This document shows positions 8,496 through 17,838 of a DNA stretch of 20,000 nt, piece after piece. The notes beneath the pieces are model-generated. The model was not told where the DNA came from. It saw only the letters and a program-made list of their open reading frames with translations, and ran no database searches. Source of the DNA: an uncultured virus (IMG/VR IMGVR_UViG_3300028033_000029) (lineage: Duplodnaviria; Heunggongvirae; Uroviricota; Caudoviricetes); IMG/VR virus record IMGVR_UViG_3300028033_000029. One strand, written 5' to 3'. Each line of letters begins with the position of its first letter. The stretch's first letter is position 1. The position numbers and the translations under genes are program-made.

Positions 8496-9252
8496 AGAAA
8501 AAATAAAACAAATGTGTTGGAGTTATTCGAGATTAAATGCATATCATACTTGTCCTTATATGTTTTATCTTCAATACATAAAAGAATATCAAGGAATCCC
8601 ATCGGCATTTGGCTTATTTGGAAGTTTTGTGCATTCAATTTTAGAAAAATATTTTAAAGGTGAATTACTTGTTTTTGAATTAAGCGAATATTACAAAGAA
8701 AACTTTGATAAAGAAGTATATGTAAATTTTCCTCCTAATGCTTATGTAGATTTACGGCAAAAATACTTTGAAGCTGGATTAGATTTCTTCAATAATTTCA
8801 GTGGGTATGAAGATTTAGAAATTCTTGAGGTAGAACCAGAGGTTAACTTTAAAATAGATAAATATTGTATGCGTGGGTTTATTGATTTATTAGCAAAAGA
8901 CCGAAACAGCAACTTGATAATTATTGACCATAAAACAAGAGCGGGATTTAAATCAAAAAAGGAATTAGATGAATATTTAAGACAATTGTATTTGTATAGC
9001 ATACCAATTGTTGAAAAATATAAAGAATATCCTAAAGAACTAATTCTTAACATGATAAAAGAGAAAAGAGATATAAAAGTAGAATACAATACTAATAAAT
9101 TAGAAGAAGCTAAAATGTGGGTAATTCATACAATTGATGCAATAAAAAATGATAATGAATTTAAAGCTAAACCCTCTCAGTTTTTCTGCGATTACATATG
9201 TAGTGTCAGAGAGTATTGTTCTAATAGCAATAAGTATCTTGGTATATCTTAG
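8485..9252 (+). CDS. PD-(D/E)XK nuclease, AddB/Cas4-like with a probable Fe-S cluster
   Basis: 'WSYSRL..YHTCP', 'GSFVHSILE', 'E...RGFIDL...IIDHKT', 'QLYLY' and C-terminal 'CDYICSVREYC'. Likely TTG start at 8485 behind GAGGAG. Confidence 0.88.
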   Translation: MEIKEKIKQMCWSYSRLNAYHTCPYMFYLQYIKEYQGIPSAFGLFGSFVHSILEKYFKGELLVFELSEYYKENFDKEVYVNFPPNAYVDLRQKYFEAGLDFFNNFSGYEDLEILEVEPEVNFKIDKYCMRGFIDLLAKDRNSNLIIIDHKTRAGFKSKKELDEYLRQLYLYSIPIVEKYKEYPKELILNMIKEKRDIKVEYNTNKLEEAKMWVIHTIDAIKNDNEFKAKPSQFFCDYICSVREYCSNSNKYLGIS

Positions 9253-9263
9253 GAGGTATTGGA

Positions 9264-12200
9264 ATGTTTGTAAGTTTACATAACCACTCTATGTATTCTT
9301 TGTTAGATGCTATTTTAAAACCATCTGAAATAATAGAAAAAGTTAAACAATTAGGGCAGAATGCATTTGCTATTACAGATCATGGGGTAGTTTATGGTGC
9401 AGTGGAATTTTATAAATTAGCTAAAGAAAATGGGTTAAAGTTTATTTATGGTGCTGAAATGTATATTTGTGATGATATTAATATAAAGGACAAAAATAAC
9501 AAATATTATCACCTTGTTGTATTAGCCAAAAATGAAACAGGAAGAATAAACCTAAATAAGCTAATAAGTATAAGCAATTTAAAAGGAAAGTATTACAAAC
9601 CACGTATTGATTTTAATATCCTCAAACAGTACAAAGAAGGACTAATAATTTTAAGTGCTTGTATGGCAGGGGAAATACAAAGAGCAATACAAAACAATGA
9701 TATAGCTTTAGCTAAAAAGATAGCATTAAAATATAAAAATGAGTTCGGGAACGATTATTACTTAGAAATTCAAAGTCATCGAGACCCCGAACAACAAAGA
9801 CTCAATAGAATTGTGATTGATATAGCTAAAGAATTAAATATACCTTATGTAATTACTACTGATAGTCATTATGTTAATAAAGAAGACCAAGAATATCATA
9901 GTATATTTGTATCAATAGGACGAGAAAGAGAACCAGGAGAAACATACAATGATTGTTATTGGCAGTCAGAAGAAGAAATATATGAAATTAATTTAGGGAC
10001 ACTCACAGAAGAAGAAATAAAAGTAGCAATAGAAAATACGATTAAAATAGCTGAACAGTGTAATGTAGATATGCCTTTATCACCTCCAATTATACCGCAT
10101 GTGCAGATACCAAAAGAATTTAGCTCTGAATTGGATTACCTGAAATACTTGTGTAAAGAGGGGTGGAAAAAACGAGGCATAAGCAAATTGCCAAATGTGA
10201 GAGAGTATAAAGAAAGATTACTTTACGAATTAGATGCTGTTGAAAAAATGGACTTTGCAGGATATTTCTTACTTGTGAGAAGTTACACAAATCAACTTAA
10301 AAGGAAAGGAATAGCAAGAGGCAGCAGTGGTGGTTCATTAATAGCATACTTATTAGGTATTGTTGATATTGACCCTATAAAATATGGGCTATATTTTGAG
10401 CGATTTATCGATACTTCTATATTGCAAAAAATAGAGGAAGGTACTCTTAAACCAGAAGAATTGAAAGTCCCTGATATAGATGTTGATATGAGTCCATTAG
10501 AAAGAGAAGAAGTTTTGCGATTTATTATAAACACATATGGACAAGAAAATGTGGTAAATATAGGCACATTCCAATATTTGAGAGCTAAAAATGCTATTAA
10601 AGATATTGGAAGGGTTTTAGGGATACCTTTTGAAATTACAAATAAAATAACTAAAAATCTTACTACAGAAACAATTGAAGAAGCACTTGAAATGGGTATA
10701 TTAGATGAATATAAAGAACAATATAGCGAATTATTTAAATATGCACAAAAATTAGCTGGTTTACCAAAAGCTTTATCTATACATGCAAGTGGAAAAATTA
10801 TTACAACCAAACCAGTAGATTATTATTTTCCCGTAGCAACAAATGATGATGGCGAAGTAATAATACAATGTGATATGCATTCAGCAGAAGCGTTAGGGTT
10901 AGTTAAAATTGATTTGTTAGGGTTACGCACTTTAGATGTAATATATAATGTTTTAGATATGATAGGTAAAGATTATTCTTATATTGACCCACATAAGATT
11001 AATTTAGAAGATGATAGTGTGTTTAAGTTATTTAGAGAAGGTAGGACTAATGGAGTATTTCAGTTTGAATCCAATGGAATGAAAAATGTTTTAAAGAGAA
11101 TGCAGGTATCAAGCTTAGATGATTTAGGTGTTGCTAATGCGCTTTTTAGACCAGGAGCAAAGAAATATATTGACAACTATATCAATAGAAAATTTGGAGT
11201 AGAAAAATTTGAGTACTTACATCCTGACTTAGAACCAATTTTAAAAAATACGTATGGTATTATAGTATTCCAAGAACAATTAATTGAAATAGGCAGATTA
11301 GCAGGATTGAGAAACCCAGACCTTTTAAGGAAGGCAACTGCTAAAAAAATACCAGAACTAATGGAGGTAATTGAACCCGAACTTAAAGAAGGGCTCAAGA
11401 AAAGAGGATGGACTCAAGAACAAGTTGACAAATTGTGGGATGATATAATTGATTTTGCACACTATTCATTTAATAAAGCTCATTCTTTTGCTTATGCTTT
11501 AACTGCTTACATTACAGCTTTCTTAAAGGTATATCACCCTAAAGAATTTATGTGTGCTCTATTGAATTCCTATGAAGGCAAAATAGATAAAATTGCTGAA
11601 TCTTTAGAAGAATTAAGAAGGATGGAAATTCAAGTAGAAAAGTTTGATTATAAAAACTGTTATTCTTTATGTGAAATTAAAAATGGTAAATTTTATTATG
11701 GAGTTGGGTTAATTAAACATTGCAATAGAGATATAGCTACTGAATTAAGAAAGCTTAATAAACATTATGATAGTTTTATAGATTTGTTAGTTGATATAGT
11801 TAATGAAACATCAATTAATTCAAAACAAATGGAAACATTGATAGTATTAAATTTCTTTAGTGAGTTTGGCAACAATAAAAAGTTACTAACGTTATGGAAA
11901 GAGTTTAAAGAAGGTAAAAACAAATATAGTAAGAACTATGCTGAAAGAACTAAAGTTAAACGAATAGAAGGACTTAAAAAAATAGAAAAAGAATTACCAA
12001 ATGAAAAAATTCCTTTGTATGAGCAAATAATGTATGAGTATGAGCTTTTGGGTTATCCTATTTCAACTTATGATGTGCCAAAACAATATTCTATAGTGCT
12101 TGAATTAGACAAAAAATATACTCCTAAAGTATTATTATACAATTTAAACACAGGTAAAATTGCTACAGTAAAAGTGACACAAAAATTATTTAACAAAAAT

Positions 12201-12338
12201 AAATTTAAGGTAGATGATGTGTTATACATTACAAAATTCATTAAAAAACCTCAAGTTAAATACGAAGATGGACAATATATAGAAGTAAAGGGGGAATTTG
12301 ATTGGTGGATTGAAAAATATGAGATAAAATCATTTTAA
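9264..12338 (+). CDS. dnaE: DNA polymerase III alpha subunit (DnaE-type family C polymerase)
   Basis: PHP motifs 'LHNHSMYSLLD', 'AITDHG', 'TTDSHY'; 'RGSSGGSLIAY'; catalytic 'PDIDVD'; 'KIDLLGL', 'GVFQFES', 'YSFNKAHS'. Confidence 0.97.
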   Translation: MFVSLHNHSMYSLLDAILKPSEIIEKVKQLGQNAFAITDHGVVYGAVEFYKLAKENGLKFIYGAEMYICDDINIKDKNNKYYHLVVLAKNETGRINLNKLISISNLKGKYYKPRIDFNILKQYKEGLIILSACMAGEIQRAIQNNDIALAKKIALKYKNEFGNDYYLEIQSHRDPEQQRLNRIVIDIAKELNIPYVITTDSHYVNKEDQEYHSIFVSIGREREPGETYNDCYWQSEEEIYEINLGTLTEEEIKVAIENTIKIAEQCNVDMPLSPPIIPHVQIPKEFSSELDYLKYLCKEGWKKRGISKLPNVREYKERLLYELDAVEKMDFAGYFLLVRSYTNQLKRKGIARGSSGGSLIAYLLGIVDIDPIKYGLYFERFIDTSILQKIEEGTLKPEELKVPDIDVDMSPLEREEVLRFIINTYGQENVVNIGTFQYLRAKNAIKDIGRVLGIPFEITNKITKNLTTETIEEALEMGILDEYKEQYSELFKYAQKLAGLPKALSIHASGKIITTKPVDYYFPVATNDDGEVIIQCDMHSAEALGLVKIDLLGLRTLDVIYNVLDMIGKDYSYIDPHKINLEDDSVFKLFREGRTNGVFQFESNGMKNVLKRMQVSSLDDLGVANALFRPGAKKYIDNYINRKFGVEKFEYLHPDLEPILKNTYGIIVFQEQLIEIGRLAGLRNPDLLRKATAKKIPELMEVIEPELKEGLKKRGWTQEQVDKLWDDIIDFAHYSFNKAHSFAYALTAYITAFLKVYHPKEFMCALLNSYEGKIDKIAESLEELRRMEIQVEKFDYKNCYSLCEIKNGKFYYGVGLIKHCNRDIATELRKLNKHYDSFIDLLVDIVNETSINSKQMETLIVLNFFSEFGNNKKLLTLWKEFKEGKNKYSKNYAERTKVKRIEGLKKIEKELPNEKIPLYEQIMYEYELLGYPISTYDVPKQYSIVLELDKKYTPKVLLYNLNTGKIATVKVTQKLFNKNKFKVDDVLYITKFIKKPQVKYEDGQYIEVKGEFDWWIEKYEIKSF

Positions 12339-12351
12339 GGAGGTAGTTTTT

Positions 12352-12528
12352 ATGATTCAAAAACTCTGGAAATTTATATGGGCTATTTTCATTCTTGTAA
12401 CATTATATATTATAATTGGTGTGGCTTTTTGGAATATGTCGATTAGTAGATTTACTTACGAGATAGCGATGTTGTTATTACTCGTCTTTGAGATATTAAT
12501 GTTTTCTGCTGATATTAAAATAAAATAG
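12352..12528 (+). CDS. Small membrane protein (58 aa, two hydrophobic segments)
   Basis: SD AAGGAGGT, ATG 12352; MIQKLWKFIWAIFILVTLYIIIGVAFW...; translated by hand. Confidence 0.65.
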   Translation: MIQKLWKFIWAIFILVTLYIIIGVAFWNMSISRFTYEIAMLLLLVFEILMFSADIKIK

Positions 12529-12545
12529 ATTTGGGAGGTTAAAAC

Positions 12546-13066
12546 ATGGAAATAGATTTTATCAATATGGAAAGTAAGCTTTTTCAAGATACAATAAAAA
12601 TAGTTAACAAATATGATGTTATGGGGTTAGTAAAAGATTTTTTGAATAATACAGACGAATATAAATATGAAACAATTGATATTATTAATCGTTGCTATTA
12701 TGAAGATAATATTGAGAAGATGACAAACACGATAAAAGAAATTTTTGAGTATTGGTTTGCGCCATTGAAAATGGATAATAATCAGTATACTAAAATACGT
12801 AATATGGCAGTACGATTAAGAGAATTGTTTGATAAATACCAAAAAAACAATACGACGATAGAATTTGGTTAATAAGAACATTACGTTTATTAGAAGAGGT
12901 ACATGACTATTATCATGGGAATGGGAAATACAATTTATCTCATCTGGATGACGAAGAAAGAATAGAGAAAGCAAAGGAGTTATGGGATGACATTATATCG
13001 GAGATAGATAAAACTATAAATGATGTGCATACATATCTTAAAAATAAAAACGATACATCAATATAA
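12546..13066 (+). CDS. DUF1871/YugE-like protein (108 aa, stop at 12872) with a -1-frame extension to 13066
   Basis: 'YDVMGL...DEYKYETIDI' resembles DUF1871. The -1 frame is open from the A7 run (12841-12847) to TAA 13064-13066 and fills the gap to the next SD. Confidence 0.55.
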
Positions 13067-13081
13067 TGATGAGGTGATATA

Positions 13082-13669
13082 TTGAGTAGTACTAATAGAA
13101 GCCGAGCAAGAGATACTCATATTTCCGATTATTATGTTACCTCAATAGAAGAAATTGAAAAATTTTTAGAAAAATTTTTAAAGATAGAGAACATAGAGAT
13201 AAGTTACAGAGAGAATATGAAGGTGTTAGACCCAGCAGCAGGGGGAGATAAAATACATAAAATGAGCTATCCAGAAGCTTTAAAAAAGTTTGGGTTTGAA
13301 AACATAGACACTATAGATATTAGACAAGATTCGCTTGCACAATATAAACAGGATTACTTGATGACTAATTGTAAAAACAAATATGATATGATAATAACTA
13401 ATCCTCCTTTCAGTCTTGCTCTAAATTTTATACAAAAAGCATTAGATGATGTAAAAGATGATGGATGGGTAATAATGTTACTACGTTTGAACTTTTTCGG
13501 TGGTAAACAACGCTTTGGGTTCTGGCAACATAATATGCCTAAGTATTGTTTTGTACATCATAAACGTATGAGTTTCACAGATGATGGCAAGACAGATTCT
13601 ATTGAATATTGTCATATGGTGTGGCAAAAAGGATATAAATCTGAGTTCACGAAGTTGATGGTAATATAA
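13082..13669 (+). CDS. Small amino-DNA methyltransferase (probably N6-adenine)
   Basis: SAM-binding 'LDPAAGG' precedes catalytic 'IITNPPF'; also 'DYYVT' and 'MLLRLNF'. Confidence 0.85.
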   Translation: MSSTNRSRARDTHISDYYVTSIEEIEKFLEKFLKIENIEISYRENMKVLDPAAGGDKIHKMSYPEALKKFGFENIDTIDIRQDSLAQYKQDYLMTNCKNKYDMIITNPPFSLALNFIQKALDDVKDDGWVIMLLRLNFFGGKQRFGFWQHNMPKYCFVHHKRMSFTDDGKTDSIEYCHMVWQKGYKSEFTKLMVI

Positions 13670-13673
13670 TAAT

Positions 13674-13705
13674 GATTTAAATAAAATTGGTCTTTTATTA
13701 AAATC
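13674..13705. repeat. Intergenic palindrome AATAAAA-N6-TTTTATT, perfect core with extended arms
   Basis: GATTTAAATAAAA ttggtc TTTTATTAAAATC; 13-bp arms with one mismatch, core 13680-13699. Confidence 0.65.
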
Positions 13706-13736
13706 ATACATTATAATAATAAGGAGACGTGATTAT

Positions 13737-14450
13737 ATGTTAGAATTGAATAAGATTTACAATATGGATTGTTTAGAAGGTCTTGATTTATTAGATAATG
13801 AGTCAGTTGACCTCATAGTAACAAGTCCTCCTTATTACAATGCCAACAAAAAATACCAGCGTGGTAGTGGAATTCATTACACAATGGATATTGGTGAACC
13901 GCTTTATGTTGTTGAAGATATATTTCAAAAAAGTTATCGAATTTTAAAAAATGATGGTTTTTTGTGTATTAATTTAGGATTTTCATATGGTGAAACAGGT
14001 GTATTAAGACCATTTTATATTTTACAGCGAGCCATAAAATTAAAGTGGTTTGTTATTGATACAATTATTTGGGTTAAAACAAATCCAATTCCTATTAAAA
14101 ATAGATTAACTAATGCATTTGAGTATATTTTTGTTTTAGCCAAACATCCACATACTGAGTATCCTTCTAAACCTACTTATGTAAAAAATGTTATCGAGAC
14201 TTCTATATCTAAACCAAAAGATGCTTATTTTCACAATGCAGTTTTTCCTTTAGAAATCCCTAAATTTTGTATTGAAATTTTTACTAAAAAAGGTGATATT
14301 GTTTTAGATCCTTTTATGGGTAGTGGAACAACAGCAATAGCAGCTTTAGAGTTAGGGAGAAAATTTATAGGATTCGAGATTAATCCTGAGTATGTTGAAT
14401 TAGCTAATCAAAGAATTGAAAATTATTTGAACGCACAGGAGAGAGGATAG
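13737..14450 (+). CDS. Beta-class DNA methyltransferase (N6_N4_Mtase; SPPY suggests N4-cytosine)
   Basis: 'DLIVTSPPY', 'HNAVFP', 'VLDPFMGSGTT', 'GFEINPEY'. Confidence 0.92.
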   Translation: MLELNKIYNMDCLEGLDLLDNESVDLIVTSPPYYNANKKYQRGSGIHYTMDIGEPLYVVEDIFQKSYRILKNDGFLCINLGFSYGETGVLRPFYILQRAIKLKWFVIDTIIWVKTNPIPIKNRLTNAFEYIFVLAKHPHTEYPSKPTYVKNVIETSISKPKDAYFHNAVFPLEIPKFCIEIFTKKGDIVLDPFMGSGTTAIAALELGRKFIGFEINPEYVELANQRIENYLNAQERG

Positions 14451-14451
14451 A

Positions 14452-14985
14452 ATGATAATTGAGAGAAAGTGGGCAATGCCCAATAAAAATACTTTTTTGA
14501 TTAGGCCAATTATGGAATTGTTAAAAGAAGAAGTATAAAATGGGATTTGGATTGATCCATTCGCTAATGATAATACAATAAAAAAGATTATACAGAATTC
14601 CAGTGTAACTCTCATTACTAATGATTTAAATCCCGAATATAATACAGATTACCACTTAGATGCTCTTGATTTTTTGAGACAATTTACTGACAATTCTATT
14701 GATGGAGTGTTATATGACCCACCGTATTCAGTTAGACAAGTAGCTGAATCTTATAAACATTTTGGGTATGAAGTAACTTCTGAAATTACAAGAAGTGATT
14801 GGTGGACTAAACACAAAAAAGAAATAGCGAGGATTACTAAAATAGGAGGAAAGGTTATTAGTTTCGGGTGGAATAGTATGGGTATAGGCAAGAACAATGG
14901 TTTTGAAATACAAAGAATATTATTAGTACCGCATGGTGGTATACATAATGATACTATTGTAGTGGTGGAAAAGAAAATTCAATAA
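14452..14985 (+). pseudogene. Small phage adenine-methyltransferase-like gene interrupted by an in-frame TAA at codon 29
   Basis: ATG 14452 (SD GAGAGGA) gives MIIERKWAMPNKNTFLIRPIMELLKEEV* and continues in the same frame NGIWIDPFAN...TNDLNP...DALDFL...LYDPPYS. TAA is at 14536-14538. Confidence 0.8.
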
Positions 14986-15000
14986 AATCTAACTTTTATT
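14981..15000. repeat. Intergenic palindrome AATAAAA-N6-TTTTATT, perfect copy
   Basis: AATAAAA tctaac TTTTATT; the left arm contains the upstream stop codon. Confidence 0.65.
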
Positions 15001-15037
15001 TAAAACAACAGATAAAAATAATAACGAGGTGATTATA

Positions 15038-15844
15038 TTGTCTAATTTCAAGTCTTGGTTTCCTAATATATATTTTGAAACAGAAAAGGGTGTAATAATA
15101 AATGATGATTGCTTTAACGTATTTAAATACATACCAGATAAAAGTATAGATACGATTTTGGCTGATTTGCCTTATGGAATAACTGAATGTAAATGGGATA
15201 GTGTGTTACCTTTAGATAAGCTTTGGGAAGAGTATAGAAGAATCATTAAAGATAATGGAGCAATATTATTGTTTGGAACAGAACCTTTTAGTACTTTTTT
15301 GAGGATACAAGCAATTGATTTGTATAAATACGATTGGATATGGCAAAAAACAGTTCCTACTGGATTTCAACACGCCAAAAATATGCCATTAAGAGACTAT
15401 GAAATTATTAGTGTTTTTTCAAAAGCACCTATAGGGCATAAATCTTTACTTGGAGACAAGAGGATGAAATATAATCCACAAGGTTTACAAGATTGTTTTG
15501 AGATTGAAAACAGCAAAACAAAATTTAAAAATATAATCAGCGAACGCCCCTCACATAAGGATATTATTATAAGACAAAAATGTAATTATCCTAAAATGAT
15601 TATAAAGTTTCCTAATCAAAGTGGCGAGTGTGCAAACAACAAACGACTACATCCTACCCAAAAACCAGTAGCATTATTAGAATATTTGATTAAAACATAT
15701 ACTAATGAAGGTGATTTGGTTTTAGACAATACTGCAGGAGTATGTTCAACAGGAGTAGCAGCTGAAAATACTAACAGATATTGGATTTGCATTGAGAAAG
15801 AATTAGAATATTGCCAAAAAGCAGTAACGAGATTTAGTAAATAA
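15038..15844 (+). CDS. Beta-class DNA methyltransferase (DLPY type, probably N6-adenine)
   Basis: 'DTILADLPYG', 'YDWIWQK', 'HPTQKPVALLEYLIKTYT', and a variant SAM motif 'VLDNTAGVCST'. Probable TTG start at 15038 behind GAGGTG. Confidence 0.88.
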   Translation: MSNFKSWFPNIYFETEKGVIINDDCFNVFKYIPDKSIDTILADLPYGITECKWDSVLPLDKLWEEYRRIIKDNGAILLFGTEPFSTFLRIQAIDLYKYDWIWQKTVPTGFQHAKNMPLRDYEIISVFSKAPIGHKSLLGDKRMKYNPQGLQDCFEIENSKTKFKNIISERPSHKDIIIRQKCNYPKMIIKFPNQSGECANNKRLHPTQKPVALLEYLIKTYTNEGDLVLDNTAGVCSTGVAAENTNRYWICIEKELEYCQKAVTRFSK

Positions 15845-15891
15845 AAATAGTCTTATTGAATACATAAAAATAATAATTAGGAGGTGATACG

Positions 15892-16086
15892 ATAATAAAA
15901 AATTTTGTTATACTCTTGTTAGCTATGTTAATGATGATTATAATTGGTATAGTATTTCTTATTGTTATAGATGTGATATATGATACGCTTATCAGGCGTG
16001 GCGTAGATAAATATATTGTAAGTATTATTTGCGCTGTGATTTATATTTTAGTTACGACAATTTTTGTATGGTATATATTCACGTAA
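15892..16086 (+). CDS. Small two-TM membrane protein (64 aa, probable ATA start)
   Basis: SD AGGAGGTG, then ATA ATA AAA AAT...; aligns without gaps to the next gene. Confidence 0.6.
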   Translation: MIKNFVILLLAMLMMIIIGIVFLIVIDVIYDTLIRRGVDKYIVSIICAVIYILVTTIFVWYIFT

Positions 16087-16102
16087 TAAGGAGAGTGGTA
16101 TT

Positions 16103-16306
16103 ATGATGGATAATTTTTTAATATTCTTCTTTATTATATTGTTTATTACTACCATTTCATTAGTTTTTGCGTTAATAGCAAGCGCAACACAGTATGTGCT
16201 TATTACACATGGTGTAATTCCAATAATTGCAGATATTATCTCTTATTTAATAATGGCTTTGCTTATATCGGCTTTTATATGGTTTATTATTAAAAAACAA
16301 GATTAA
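16103..16306 (+). CDS. Small two-TM membrane protein (67 aa), paralog of the upstream gene
   Basis: SD AAGGAG, ATG 16103 within ORF 16064..16306; two hydrophobic helices. Confidence 0.7.
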   Translation: MMDNFLIFFFIILFITTISLVFALIASATQYVLITHGVIPIIADIISYLIMALLISAFIWFIIKKQD

Positions 16307-16354
16307 AATAAAACTGGAGTTTTAGTGATATATAAATAATTCACAGGGGGAATA

Positions 16355-17446
16355 TTGATGTATAAGTATCCGCTTGGATTAACACAACAGTTTAGGTTTT
16401 GTGGAAATCCATTTAGAATAGATACATACAAAGGTTGTGATTTTGGATGTTTGTATTGTTATGCAAATACCAGAAAGGGTAATTATAAAAATACATTTGA
16501 TATAGCGGATTTTAATGTGATAGAAAGTATGTTTAAAAAAGCGTTTGAATCTGATAGAGAATATTCTAATATTAATATTGAATTATTGAGGCATAAAGTT
16601 CCCCTACATTTAGGGGGGATGTCTGACCCTTTTCAAAGAAGAGAATGGAAATACGGACTTACTTATAAATTATTAGAGTTAAGTAATAAATATAAATATC
16701 CTATAATTATTTCTACTAAAATTGCTAATTTACCTCAAAAATATTGGGATATATTAAATCCAGAAATTCATGCTTTTCAAATTAGCTTAATGGGATACAA
16801 TGAGAATTTTGTTAGAAAATATGAAATAAATACCCCAACACCCCAAGAAAGAATTGAATTCATAAAATTGTTAAAATCAAAAGGATTTTGGGTAGGACTA
16901 AGAATACAACCTTTAATTGATATTGATGAAGCTATATTATTAATCAAAAATGTTGAGCAATACAATATTAACTATATCACTATTGAACATCTGAAAATTC
17001 CAGTTGATAATAAATCAACAAGGAAACTATTTGATGATGTTTTTAAAAAATATAATTTTTATAAACCTAAACAAGGTAGAGCATATGAAATACCAAGAAA
17101 TATAAAGATAGAAAATATAAATAAAATTAAATCAATTACAAATATACCAATAGGTGTTGGCGATAATGATTTACATGAGCTTACTGATACAAGAAACTGT
17201 TGTGGAATTGACACAATTAATAAAAACTTTAATAATTGGCTTAAATATAATTATACTTATTTTGCTACAGCTAAAGGGACAGAAAATAAAAAAAATATAT
17301 GGTATCCACAAAACAATTGTAGGTTTGTTTTGAATAGTGCTGACAGAGGAAGTAAAGATTTTAAAACAGTAAAGGATTATGTAGATTATTATTGTGAAAC
17401 TTTTCAATATAGTGTTTTTAAAAGCAACCAAAATAATTCTCAATAA
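16355..17446 (+). CDS. Radical SAM protein (spore photoproduct lyase-like, COG1533-type)
   Basis: CxxxCxxC 'DTYKGCDFGCLYCYA', 'GGMSDPFQ', 'ISTK', 'PTPQERIE', 'LRIQP'. Confidence 0.88.
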   Translation: MMYKYPLGLTQQFRFCGNPFRIDTYKGCDFGCLYCYANTRKGNYKNTFDIADFNVIESMFKKAFESDREYSNINIELLRHKVPLHLGGMSDPFQRREWKYGLTYKLLELSNKYKYPIIISTKIANLPQKYWDILNPEIHAFQISLMGYNENFVRKYEINTPTPQERIEFIKLLKSKGFWVGLRIQPLIDIDEAILLIKNVEQYNINYITIEHLKIPVDNKSTRKLFDDVFKKYNFYKPKQGRAYEIPRNIKIENINKIKSITNIPIGVGDNDLHELTDTRNCCGIDTINKNFNNWLKYNYTYFATAKGTENKKNIWYPQNNCRFVLNSADRGSKDFKTVKDYVDYYCETFQYSVFKSNQNNSQ

Positions 17447-17495
17447 TTACACATAAAAATAATAATGATTTACAAAAAATAAGGAGGTAATTTGC

Positions 17496-17804
17496 ATGAC
17501 AGCAAATGAATATATGGAGAAATTATATTATGCTTTACTTAAATATTTTGATAATGCAAGTAAACCAATTGTATCTTCAAAAGGAGGAATATTAGAAACA
17601 AAGAATATATATGAAGGTAAAGAAGGGTGTTTAAGATTAGCAAGAGAGTTTGGATACGGGTTAAAGGATTATCCTGAAAAAGAAAGATTAGATGTAGCAA
17701 AATCAAGTTATAGTTATTTATGTGTGCGAATATATAATTTAAAGCCACCTATATCCAACAAAGAGTGGACACAAGAAATAATAAAAACATGGGAAAATAA
17801 ATGA
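17496..17804 (+). CDS. Hypothetical protein (102 aa)
   Basis: SD AAGGAGGT plus ATG. Confidence 0.7.
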   Translation: MTANEYMEKLYYALLKYFDNASKPIVSSKGGILETKNIYEGKEGCLRLAREFGYGLKDYPEKERLDVAKSSYSYLCVRIYNLKPPISNKEWTQEIIKTWENK

Positions 17805-17838
17805 TAAATAAAAGGAATATTTTAAGGAGGTAAGTGAG

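Noticed and set aside
9264..12338. Intein or intron in dnaE (also checked dnaB)
   Set aside because: Continuous ORFs of normal or short length with no intein termini or homing endonuclease motifs.
12870..12892. Further copy of the junction palindrome (TAATAAGAAC...GTTTATTA)
   Set aside because: Wrong spacing, mismatched arms, and it lies in the probable -1-frame coding extension.
12903..12965. 20-aa ORF MTIIMGMGNTIYLIWMTKKE
   Set aside because: Very short with poor SD spacing; the overlapping -1 frame looks more protein-like and fills the gap.
14536..14538. Alternative genetic code (stop reassignment)
   Set aside because: A single case; TAA, TAG and TGA all terminate other genes normally.
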